This document shows positions 44,965-53,606 of a stretch of 64,000 bases of DNA, piece by piece. The notes beneath the pieces were generated by a model. The model was not told where the DNA came from and made no database searches. It saw only the letters and a list, made by a program, of their open reading frames with translations. How positions within the stretch are numbered: position 1 is the stretch's first letter; the number at the start of each line of letters is the position of its first letter. The translations under genes and the position numbers were made by a program. This stretch comes from a virus (Duplodnaviria; Caudoviricetes): IMG/VR virus record IMGVR_UViG_3300033179_000002, positions 16,440 to 80,439 of that record, one strand, 5' to 3'.

Positions 44965-45483
44965 ATGACCCAGTGGATTGCCACCCCGGAGCAGATCGTC
45001 GAACTGAACCACGGCAAGGGCGCGAACGTCGTCACCGGTTCGGTGCGGATCGCGTTCACCGGCGCAGGCCGGGCGTACGTCGCCACCCGGGCGCACAACA
45101 ACGACGACGCCCCCGCGGTCGTCGTCCGCGGCAAAAGCTACCTGGTCACCCTGCACTTCGTGCGGCAGGCCGACGGCACCTGGACCGAGCACAAGCACAA
45201 CAGCTCTTACAATGTGAGCCCCCGCGGCTCGTACGACCCCTTCAAGGCCGCCGCGCCGACCATCCGGGCCGCGATCGTCGCCGCCCTGCTGAACGCGTTG
45301 ACCGAGGCTGACAGCGGCGACGTCGAGCGCAGCGCCGACCACGCGCAGGCCGCCCAGCAGCTGGTCGCCCTGGAGCCGCGGCGCGTCGAACTGGCTGCCA
45401 AGCTGGCCGCGCTGGACGCCGAGATCGCCCACCACCAGGCCATCCTGGCCGCGACCGCACCGGAGGCGAGCCATGCGGGTTGA
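44965..45483 (+). CDS. Hypothetical protein
   Basis: GAGGGG RBS. Confidence 0.55.
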   Translation: MTQWIATPEQIVELNHGKGANVVTGSVRIAFTGAGRAYVATRAHNNDDAPAVVVRGKSYLVTLHFVRQADGTWTEHKHNSSYNVSPRGSYDPFKAAAPTIRAAIVAALLNALTEADSGDVERSADHAQAAQQLVALEPRRVELAAKLAALDAEIAHHQAILAATAPEASHAG

Positions 45484-45775
45484 TCCGGAGATCCGTCGCT
45501 TCCTGGAGTCTCTGCCCACCATCGCGGCCGGGCAGGGCGCCGACCTGAAGATCGAGACCACGCTGTGCCGGGTCTGGCTGAGCCGGGCCACCAACGCCGA
45601 CCAACGCGGCCTCACCGGACGGATCGAGATCGAAATCCAGCTGTACGACGAGACCAGCCAGCCCGGCGACGAACATCGGCCCATCGCCTGGGAGGAACGC
45701 TCCACCCGCCTGGCCCGGCAGTTCGCCACCGAGGCGCTACGGGTCGCCGGATACGCCGGCACCGTCAAGATCTGA
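45473..45775 (+). CDS. Hypothetical protein
   Basis: GGAGG RBS. Confidence 0.5.
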   Translation: MRVDPEIRRFLESLPTIAAGQGADLKIETTLCRVWLSRATNADQRGLTGRIEIEIQLYDETSQPGDEHRPIAWEERSTRLARQFATEALRVAGYAGTVKI

Positions 45776-45789
45776 CCACGGAACGACAA

Positions 45790-45816
45790 AAGCCCCCGGC
45801 ATGGCGCCGGGGGCTT
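45790..45816. terminator. Hairpin between convergent genes
   Basis: AAGCCCCCGGC / GCCGGGGGCTT. Confidence 0.65.
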
Positions 45817-45828
45817 CGCTGTGTCCGC

Positions 45829-46080
45829 TCAGCGCTTCGCAGCGCCCCGCTCGTGCGCCCGCATCAGCACCGCATACTGCGCCGGGCTGAGCCGCGAATC
45901 GGCCTCCACCAGCGCCCACGAGTCGTCGCCGGGCGGGTCGCCGTCAGCGACCCCGAACGCCTGCGCATCCGACGCCTGCGGCCGGGCCGGCCACGACCGG
46001 CCCCGGAAGTCGGCGGCCACCTGCGCGGCCGTCATCCCGCCAGCGGCAAGCCTGTCCAGGAGTGCCTTCACCGTCGCCAT
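45829..46080 (-). CDS. Small protein, candidate antitoxin
   Basis: AAGGG RBS; 1 bp downstream of the zeta-toxin gene. Confidence 0.5.
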   Translation of the reverse strand: MATVKALLDRLAAGGMTAAQVAADFRGRSWPARPQASDAQAFGVADGDPPGDDSWALVEADSRLSPAQYAVLMRAHERGAAKR

Positions 46081-46081
46081 G

Positions 46082-47917
46082 TCATCGGCCCTTCTTGATC
46101 AGCTGCGGGTCGCGGCCGGTCACACTGTTGTCGTACATCGACCAGTCGGAGAAACTGCCTTTGATCTTGTCGAACACGCCGCGGTTGATCGTCTCACCGC
46201 TGGAGGTGCGCTGCGCCCGGATGATCGCCGGGGGCACATACCGGCCACCCGGGCCCTTGCCGGCCAGATGTTGATCCGCACCACGACGGTACCGCGACAT
46301 TGCCCGCTCGACCGAAACCTCGACGGGGATGTCGACGAACACGCCGCGAACCTCCTTGTAACCGGACGCCTTCAACGCCGCAATCCGCTTCGTCACCGAC
46401 GATTCCGACGACATGGTGATGTCCCACATCATGTTCTTACCCTCGCGCAGCGCCCGGTCAGCCATCAGCGACGTGATCCGGGAAGACTCCTCATGCACCA
46501 GGGCGGCCCGCTCCATCGGCGACAGGTCCGGGTGGCCGGGCACGTCGGGGATCAGGCCTTTCGCCGCCATGACCTCCTTCACGTCGTCCGGGTTCAACGT
46601 CAGATATTCACTCGGGTCGATTCCCGCGTGTTTGGTGAGTACGGTGGTCTTCCCGGCGCCGCCGAGGCCACCGGCAACGACGGCCCGCCGGTCGTTGGGG
46701 ACATGCGCGGCCTTCGCATACAACTCGTCGGCGATCTGCCGGTGGATCCTGTCCCGTTCCGGCTTCCACGCCCCCGACGGTGTCGTGTGGGTGTGCTCGG
46801 TCGCCAGGGTTTTGCGGGCGTTGCCGATGACTTCCCCGACCCGGGCGGTGCGCGCCTCGAACTCGGTATCGGACATCGGCCCGTGAGCGGTCGCGAGCGG
46901 CTTCACGCCATACCAGGACAGGCCGGCCAGCAGTTCCTTGCCGCCCAGGTCCGCCCAGTCGGCCGGCGTTGTCGTCTTGCTCGCCGCCAGCTTGCGCGCT
47001 GTCTGCAGCTGCGCCGCCGTGAACCCGTGGCCCTGCAGTCCCTCGATCTTCGCGACCGCGGCCTTCGCCAGGTTCTCCCGCGCCCGGTCGTCGGCGAACC
47101 CGTAGCCCTGCCGCGCCCACGCGTAGCCGCCGCCCTCACCGGACGCGTTGAGCTTGATGCCCTTGACGCCGTTGCCGCGGTAGACGTCCTCCATACGGGC
47201 ATTCCAGCGTTTCGCGAAGCCGCCGCCGCGGACACTCTTGTCCAGCTGGAAATCAGCGTGATACACCGACGGGCCGCCCTCATCGTGCAGCGCCCACGTC
47301 CGGTGCGCATGCCCGACCTTTTCACCCTTCGCATTGACGATCTTGTAGTTGACCCGGGCCTTCCCGGGTTCGCCCTTCACGGTGCCGCCCCACGCCGACT
47401 CGGTGTCCCCGGTCTGGACGTCGTCAACGACGGCGCGCAGGCCGGTCTTCTCGTCGTGGTATTCGGTGGTCCGCTTCAGGTAGTCGTGCAGAGCCTTCTG
47501 ATCCCCGGCCTCGATGGCCTTGCGGCCCGCCTGCGCCCGGGTGTGCGGGTCGGCCTGCGCCGCCATCCGCTCCGCCCATGGCACCTTCTCCGGCCCGGCC
47601 GCCTTGGCCGCACCATGGCCGGGGGCGTGCGGCTTGTGGCCGGCCGGATGCGTGGGGGCGTGCGCGGCGGCGTGGCTGACCTTGGCCGGGACGTGGCCGG
47701 GTTTGCGGTCCGGGCCCGACGGCACATGCTCGGTCCGGGCGGTGTGCGTCTGCGCGGCGTGCCGGCCCGCCTTGTTCTTCCGGCTCGGCAGAATCGACTC
47801 TCCGGCGTGCACGGCATGGGCGGCGGCCTTCGCGGCATGGGAGGCCGTGTGGGCGAACTGGCCCTGCCCGTCGCGGTGATGCTTGCGCTCAACCCAGTGT
47901 TCCGCCCGCAGACTCAT
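46082..47917 (-). CDS. HPRD-type tag + GNAT-like domain + zeta-toxin P-loop kinase
   Basis: HHRDGQGQF; VRGGGFA...GGYAWARQGY; AGGLGGAGKTT, NPDDVK, HEES, WDIT. Confidence 0.75.
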   Translation of the reverse strand: MSLRAEHWVERKHHRDGQGQFAHTASHAAKAAAHAVHAGESILPSRKNKAGRHAAQTHTARTEHVPSGPDRKPGHVPAKVSHAAAHAPTHPAGHKPHAPGHGAAKAAGPEKVPWAERMAAQADPHTRAQAGRKAIEAGDQKALHDYLKRTTEYHDEKTGLRAVVDDVQTGDTESAWGGTVKGEPGKARVNYKIVNAKGEKVGHAHRTWALHDEGGPSVYHADFQLDKSVRGGGFAKRWNARMEDVYRGNGVKGIKLNASGEGGGYAWARQGYGFADDRARENLAKAAVAKIEGLQGHGFTAAQLQTARKLAASKTTTPADWADLGGKELLAGLSWYGVKPLATAHGPMSDTEFEARTARVGEVIGNARKTLATEHTHTTPSGAWKPERDRIHRQIADELYAKAAHVPNDRRAVVAGGLGGAGKTTVLTKHAGIDPSEYLTLNPDDVKEVMAAKGLIPDVPGHPDLSPMERAALVHEESSRITSLMADRALREGKNMMWDITMSSESSVTKRIAALKASGYKEVRGVFVDIPVEVSVERAMSRYRRGADQHLAGKGPGGRYVPPAIIRAQRTSSGETINRGVFDKIKGSFSDWSMYDNSVTGRDPQLIKKGR

Positions 47918-48067
47918 GGCGACAGTGTGACAGCAGCCCGGAAGATCGGCTAGCACGGTTGTTCGAGCGGCGGCTATCCTGACCACGCGGGCCGGCGTGA
48001 CGCCGGGGCCGGCAGCCGGGACGGCGACGCACGACAGGGCACCACGGCACGGGAAAGGCGGCCCGCG

Positions 48068-48616
48068 ATGGGCGACCAGCAGGCGATCGAAGGCGAGATC
48101 ATCCCGCCGGAGGCGAAGAAGAAGCACTGGAACAGCGATGGCAACGGCCGCAACGCCTACGTCGACGGCGACGTCGTCGATGCCGTCATTGCTGACCGTG
48201 TCTCCGGTATGACACTCCGCCAGGTCGGCGAAAAGTGGGGCATCTCCCACCAGACCGTGCACAACTGGTGCGGCGGGGATCTGAAGAACCGCAAAAGTGC
48301 CGACGTCGCCGAGAAGCGCGCCCACGCCGCGCAGCAGCTCGCCGTCGCCCGCGGCGAAGCGTGGAAGATCTATCGGGCCGCCAAAGACCGGGGCCTGACG
48401 AAGGTCATGGACAACGCCCTGATCCGCATCGAGTCGATCACAATGGCGATGGCGAAGCTGGAAGGTGCGATCGCACCCGTCCGCGTCGACCTGACGGTGA
48501 CCGAGCTGACCGCCGCGGAGCAGGAGCTCCAGGAGATGCTCAACGAGGCTGCCGCGAAGGCCGCCGCCGAAGAGCAGGCCGTCATCGACGCCGCCAACGC
48601 GGACCCGGACCTGTGA
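48068..48616 (+). CDS. Terminase small subunit (HTH)
   Basis: GMTLRQVGEKWGISHQTVHNW; upstream of large subunit. Confidence 0.65.
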   Translation: MGDQQAIEGEIIPPEAKKKHWNSDGNGRNAYVDGDVVDAVIADRVSGMTLRQVGEKWGISHQTVHNWCGGDLKNRKSADVAEKRAHAAQQLAVARGEAWKIYRAAKDRGLTKVMDNALIRIESITMAMAKLEGAIAPVRVDLTVTELTAAEQELQEMLNEAAAKAAAEEQAVIDAANADPDL

Positions 48617-49059
48617 TGGGCGACCGCATCCGGCTCGAAGTCGAAGGCCCCACCCGGATGGAGATCATCGACGATGCCATGCGGGCGGCCGGGTCGCTCA
48701 ACGACTTCATGTACCAGGTCATCGCCGAACTCATCGCCAAACTCGATGCCCGGCTCGGCGAACAGCTGCTGGCCCTGCCGCCCGGCACCCTGCTCTGCGT
48801 CCACACCGCCCAGACGTTCACACCCGACGACCTCTACGGCAGCCTCACCGCGCGCCAGGACATGCATGCCATCGCCACCCTGGACGCCTGCACGGTGGAG
48901 GGCCGCCGGGAGGTCTACACGTCGCCGTGGCTGTGCCGTGGCTGCGGCCGGCGCGCAGCCCGGGTGGAAGGCAAAGCCTGCGAAACCTGCCTGAACCGGT
49001 TCCGGCGCGAGCTCATCGCCACCCGGCCGCTACTCCAGCCGCCGAGCGACCCGGCATGA
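48616..49059 (+). CDS. Hypothetical protein with C-terminal CxxC pairs
   Basis: Coupled between terminase genes. Confidence 0.5.
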   Translation: MGDRIRLEVEGPTRMEIIDDAMRAAGSLNDFMYQVIAELIAKLDARLGEQLLALPPGTLLCVHTAQTFTPDDLYGSLTARQDMHAIATLDACTVEGRREVYTSPWLCRGCGRRAARVEGKACETCLNRFRRELIATRPLLQPPSDPA

Positions 49060-50798
49060 CGACCACCGCGATGCCGCCCGGCACCGCGGCCCCCGGCACG
49101 GCCGGCACCGGCCAGCGTGCAGACGAAGCCTGGCGGAAATTCCTTGACGCGCACGGCGAACTCGCTTGGTCCGACGACCCGTACAACCCCGGCACCACCT
49201 CATCCAACTTCAGCCTCGACAGCTACCTCGCCGGCTTCGACAAACGCCTCCTCGACACCAACGAAGGCCGCCGGCTCCTCACCAGAAACGACCCCATGCT
49301 GTTTGCGCTCATCTATATGCGCAAACACCTCAGAAACGTCGAAGGGGAAATATCCTTCGCGGATGCCCACTTTCTGTGGGTGCGTGCGGCCCGGCGCTGG
49401 ATCGGCCCCGCCCGTGGTCAGCGTGAAGACCGGCGCGCGTTCGTCGCCCCCCGGTCATGCGGCAAATCGACCTGGTTCTTCCTCATTCTCCCGATGTGGG
49501 CCGGTGCGCACAGGCATGCGAAGTTTGCGGCAGCGTTCGCCGACTCGGGCGCACAGGCGGAAATGCACCTGGCGACGTTCAAGGCCGAGCAGGCCGACAA
49601 CGTCATGTTGCGCACCGATTTCGCCGACTTCTGCGCCCCGGCCCGCCGGCACACCGGCCGGACCGTCGCCGACAACCAGAACATGCTCCACACCCGCTCA
49701 GGCTTCACCTTCGTAGCGAAGGGCATCGATTCGACAAGCCTGGGCATGAAGATGGGCGCCGACCGGCCAGACCTGCTGATCTTCGACGACATCGAGCCGC
49801 CCGAGTCGACATACAGCCCGTTCCAGCGTGATAAGCGCCTGGCCACCGTCCAGAATGCGATCCTGCCGCTGAACGAGCTCGCCCGGGTCGCGATCGTCGG
49901 CACCGTCACCATGCCGGGGTCGATCATCCATGAGCTGGTCCGGCATTCGAAGGGTGAGGATGTCGAGGAATGGGTCGACGACGAGAAGATCCGCACCTAC
50001 CACACCCGCGCGATCGTGGTCCGGCCCGACGGCACGGAGCGCAGCGTCTGGCCACGGAAGTGGACCTGGGACTACCTGAACAGCATCCGGCGGACCCGGT
50101 CATACAAGCTCAACTACGACAATGACCCGAAAGGCCGTCAAGGCGACTATTGGAACGCCGAAGACATTCACTACGGAACGCCGCCGAACATCACAAAGTG
50201 GTTCCTGTTCGTCGACCCGCCGGTGACCCAGAAGACGAAAAGCGACTTTTGCGGTGTTTCCCTGGTCGGTTGGGCGCCCGGGGTGGCGAAGACCGCGGTG
50301 ACCCGGGAGGAGCTCGCCACCTACGGCCGGGAGAAGCTCCTGGAGCGGCTGACCGCGCGGGAGGCGGAGGAGGCCGCCAACGGAAAGGTGACCCGGCTGT
50401 CCCGGGTGTGCATCGTCGACGCCTGGCAGGTGCGGTTGACCGGCGCGCCGCTCAAGAAGTTCCTGCTGGGGAAGCTGAACGAGTATCCGCAGGTCAAGAC
50501 CGTGGTGGTGGAAAACAACCAGGGGGGCGATTTGTGGCTGGAAATCCTGAATGACCTTCCTGTCCGTTTGGTCACGTATGGCTCATATGAGGCGAAGGAC
50601 ATTCGCTTTGCACGTGCGCTCGACCTCTGCCAGAAGAACCGGGTGACCTTCGCCAAGGTCATTCCACCCCTCGAAGACCAGCTGACCGGGTTCCCGAAGC
50701 TCGCGTTCGACGACCTCATGGACTCGGCGTGCGCCGGCATGCTGCGGCTGCTCACGGTCAAGCACGCCCAGAAGGACGGGACGATCACCCCGCGGTGA
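49056..50798 (+). CDS. terL: Terminase large subunit
   Basis: APRSCGKST Walker A, LLIFDDIE Walker B, FVDPP and FDDLMDS nuclease motifs. Confidence 0.9.
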   Translation: MTTTAMPPGTAAPGTAGTGQRADEAWRKFLDAHGELAWSDDPYNPGTTSSNFSLDSYLAGFDKRLLDTNEGRRLLTRNDPMLFALIYMRKHLRNVEGEISFADAHFLWVRAARRWIGPARGQREDRRAFVAPRSCGKSTWFFLILPMWAGAHRHAKFAAAFADSGAQAEMHLATFKAEQADNVMLRTDFADFCAPARRHTGRTVADNQNMLHTRSGFTFVAKGIDSTSLGMKMGADRPDLLIFDDIEPPESTYSPFQRDKRLATVQNAILPLNELARVAIVGTVTMPGSIIHELVRHSKGEDVEEWVDDEKIRTYHTRAIVVRPDGTERSVWPRKWTWDYLNSIRRTRSYKLNYDNDPKGRQGDYWNAEDIHYGTPPNITKWFLFVDPPVTQKTKSDFCGVSLVGWAPGVAKTAVTREELATYGREKLLERLTAREAEEAANGKVTRLSRVCIVDAWQVRLTGAPLKKFLLGKLNEYPQVKTVVVENNQGGDLWLEILNDLPVRLVTYGSYEAKDIRFARALDLCQKNRVTFAKVIPPLEDQLTGFPKLAFDDLMDSACAGMLRLLTVKHAQKDGTITPR

Positions 50799-50931
50799 CC
50801 CGTCGCCAGCGCATCACGTGCGCGGCCGACGCCGCGCGGGACGCTCATTCACCCCCGCCCCGGCGCTCGGTCGTACCCCTACGCCAGCGTGTCAGGCTAT
50901 GAAGTACCGGAGGCCAAAGGACGGGCAACAG

Positions 50932-51540
50932 GTGATTGACGTCGTGATCCCCGCGCATCCGGCCCGGGAGGCCAGCGGGATGCTTGCGCGAGCCGTGGCC
51001 AGCGTCGAACGGCAGAGCATTCCGGCCCGCGCCGTCGTCCAGCTCGACACCGTGCGCGCCGGGTCGGCGGCCACCCGTACCCGCGGCCTGGCCCGCGTGA
51101 CGACCCCCTGGGTGGCGTTCCTCGACTCTGACGACGAGCTGCTACCACACCATCTGGAGCGTCTCCTGGAACACGCTGAGGCGACCGGGGCCGACCTGGT
51201 CTATCCGTGGTTCCATGCCGACGGCTTCACCGACCCGTGGCCGAAGTTGTTCGGACGGGTGTTCGATCAGGGGGAGCTGCGCCGCGGGAATTTCATCCCG
51301 ACCACCGTGCTGGCGCGCACCGAACTCGTTCGGCTGGCCGGAGGGTTCATCGCCGACCTGGACATCGCACCCCCGGCGCAGTGCGACGAATGGGGGCTGT
51401 GGTTGCGGATGCTGGACCTCAAGCCGGCAGGCGCCCGGATCGCGCACCTGCCGGAACGTACCTGGGTGTGGCATGTGCATGGAAAAAATTCGTCAGGGAG
51501 CCCCCACCTGGGAGACGCTAGGCATTCTGGTAGGATTTAA
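50932..51540 (+). CDS. Glycosyltransferase family 2 (paralogue of 7817-8479)
   Basis: VVIPAHP, VAFLDSDD, ADLVYPWF, DEW, TWVWHVH. Confidence 0.85.
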   Translation: MIDVVIPAHPAREASGMLARAVASVERQSIPARAVVQLDTVRAGSAATRTRGLARVTTPWVAFLDSDDELLPHHLERLLEHAEATGADLVYPWFHADGFTDPWPKLFGRVFDQGELRRGNFIPTTVLARTELVRLAGGFIADLDIAPPAQCDEWGLWLRMLDLKPAGARIAHLPERTWVWHVHGKNSSGSPHLGDARHSGRI

Positions 51541-51562
51541 GGAAACACATCCAGGAGGCTCC

Positions 51563-52003
51563 ATGGCGCCCATTCCTCGTGATCCATCCGAACGTTTCTG
51601 GCTGAAGGTGGAGAGGTCTTCGGGGTGCTGGCTTTGGACCGGTGCGCAGCGTCCGGATGGATATGGGGTTTTCCAGCGGGGGCGTGGTCTTGGGACGATC
51701 AGAGCCCATCGCTGGAGCTATATCGAGACTTATGGTGAGATTGGCGATCTTGACGTATTGCATCGCTGCGATAATCCGCCGTGCGTTCGGCCCGAGCACC
51801 TCTTTCTTGGGACGGTTCCCGACAACACTGCCGATATGATCAGGAAGGGCCGGGCCTGGTGGCAGACTCGCACTTCTTGCCATGCTGGACACGCCTACAA
51901 TGAGGCAAATGTCTATGTGACGGCTCAGGGTGGGCGGGAATGTCGACCATGTCGCCGCCTACGACGACGTGTAATCAAGGATCGTAGGGGTTTCTGGCAA
52001 TAG
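51563..52003 (+). CDS. HNH endonuclease (homing type)
   Basis: CWLWTG, AHR, VLHRCDNPPCVRPEHL...DN; visibly lower GC. Confidence 0.9.
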   Translation: MAPIPRDPSERFWLKVERSSGCWLWTGAQRPDGYGVFQRGRGLGTIRAHRWSYIETYGEIGDLDVLHRCDNPPCVRPEHLFLGTVPDNTADMIRKGRAWWQTRTSCHAGHAYNEANVYVTAQGGRECRPCRRLRRRVIKDRRGFWQ

Positions 52004-52082
52004 CTCTTCCGGGTCCCCGCTGCTCGGAGGCGCCGCTATCCGTCGATCAAGGTAGCCGGCACCCGGAAACGCAAGCGCTGAC

Positions 52083-52112
52083 TTGACATATGGTGTGTCA
52101 ACTCGGTACGCT
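52083..52112 (+). promoter_or_regulatory. Promoter TTGACA-18-TACGCT with palindrome (52084-52100)
   Basis: TGACATA-TGG-TGTGTCA. Confidence 0.8.
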
Positions 52113-52152
52113 GGTCAGCGTACCGAGTTGAATTTTCACACCCGGAGGCGCC

Positions 52153-52596
52153 ATGCCCGAGCAGCCCGCACCCGTCCCCAACGACTCCACCCCGATCGTC
52201 GACCTCGTCATCGCCGACCTGATCGCCCGCAAGGCGCTCGGCACCGAACGCTACGGCGTGGCCCTCCAGTCGTTCAACGGCCGCGACGCCCACCGGGACG
52301 GCTACGAAGAGGCGGCCGACCTGCTCATCTACCTGCGGCAGGCCCGCGCCGAACGGGAGACGCTGCAACCCCTGCTCGACGAACTGGTACGCGCCGCGCA
52401 GACCGTGGTCAGCCTTGTCGACGACATGCCCCGGCTGGCCGTGATGGAGCAGACGGTCGACCTGGCCGAGGTGCTCATAGAGGCCGGCGGCCGGCTCCGC
52501 GGCGCCCTCGGCCGGTACACCTGGGCGTACAGCCGGACCGGCCTGTCGCCGCTCCCGGACGCCAACGAGAGCTACATCCACCGGGCCGCCCGATGA
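52153..52596 (+). CDS. MazG-like nucleotide pyrophosphohydrolase (putative)
   Basis: G..RYG..L...NGRD...DGYEEAADLLIYLRQ pattern. Confidence 0.6.
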   Translation: MPEQPAPVPNDSTPIVDLVIADLIARKALGTERYGVALQSFNGRDAHRDGYEEAADLLIYLRQARAERETLQPLLDELVRAAQTVVSLVDDMPRLAVMEQTVDLAEVLIEAGGRLRGALGRYTWAYSRTGLSPLPDANESYIHRAAR

Positions 52597-53405
52597 CTGG
52601 CATCACCGCGGAGACGATCGCCGACACGCTCAGCCCGGCCGGCCACCGGCTGACCACACAGGTGCTGCGCTTCCCCCGCGACATCGCCGACGAGGTGTTG
52701 ACGCACCGGGTGGCGCGCAACGCCCGGTCGAGCAGGGCCACCCCGGTCAACTTCATGATCGACGAGGTGTTGCGGGACCCGTACATCCCGGTGAAGTGGC
52801 AGCGCGCGCAGAAGGGCATGCAGGGCGGCGACGACCTCAGCCCGGACGACACCCGCGAGGCGGTTGCGCTCTGGCTCGACGCCCGGGACGAGGCAGTCAT
52901 CCGTGCCCGGCGACTGCTCGACCTCGGCCTGCACAAGACGGTCCCGAATCGCCTCCTGGAGTCGTTCAGCTACCAGACGATGATCTTTTCGGCGACCGAT
53001 GCCGGCTGGCAGAATTTCTTCGAGCAGCGCTGCTCCGGCCAGGCGGATCCGCCGATGGAGGTGCTCGCCAACGCGATGCGGGACGCCTACCGGTCCTCGA
53101 CGCCGCACGAGTGCGGCCCCGGCGGCTGGCATCTGCCGTTCATCGACGCCACCGAACGGGCGCTCAACGACACCCGCATCCTTGCCCACGTGTCGGCGGC
53201 CCGGTGCGCCCGGGTGTCCAACACGACGTTCGGCGGCGGGCAGAGCATCGACGCCGACCTGGTTCTGTACGCCAAGCTGCGCACCGCCTCACCGCCGCAC
53301 TGGTCGCCGTTGGAGCATCCGGCGGTCGCCGCCGGGGTGTTGGAGCGGCCCAACGGCTGCTTCACCGGCTGGCATCAGTTGCGACACCTGCCGGCCTGGC
53401 ACTGA
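52593..53405 (+). CDS. thyX: FAD-dependent thymidylate synthase ThyX (phage type)
   Basis: THRVARNARSSRA, GLHK..PNRLLE, SAARCARVS, HWSPLEH. Confidence 0.8.
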   Translation: MTGITAETIADTLSPAGHRLTTQVLRFPRDIADEVLTHRVARNARSSRATPVNFMIDEVLRDPYIPVKWQRAQKGMQGGDDLSPDDTREAVALWLDARDEAVIRARRLLDLGLHKTVPNRLLESFSYQTMIFSATDAGWQNFFEQRCSGQADPPMEVLANAMRDAYRSSTPHECGPGGWHLPFIDATERALNDTRILAHVSAARCARVSNTTFGGGQSIDADLVLYAKLRTASPPHWSPLEHPAVAAGVLERPNGCFTGWHQLRHLPAWH

Positions 53406-53606
53406 TACGCTGCAGGTCAGGATCGGCGACCCCGAAGGCCTGCCGGCCGACGAGGTCAGGAACCCGGTAGCCCCCCAGGGCCGCCGGGTTCCGCCGTCTT
53501 CGAACATGCGTGCTGTACGCGGTGATCGTTGGGCGGTAGCCTGAGTCCCGACCGTAGCTAGCGCAACGGTCAGCCGTAGGTCAAGAGTTTCGGCGAGGGA
53601 GTTCCG

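Noticed and set aside
51563-52003. HNH as the nuclease of the TIGR-like system
   Set aside because: 14 kb away, lower GC, and typical free-standing homing endonuclease next to terminase
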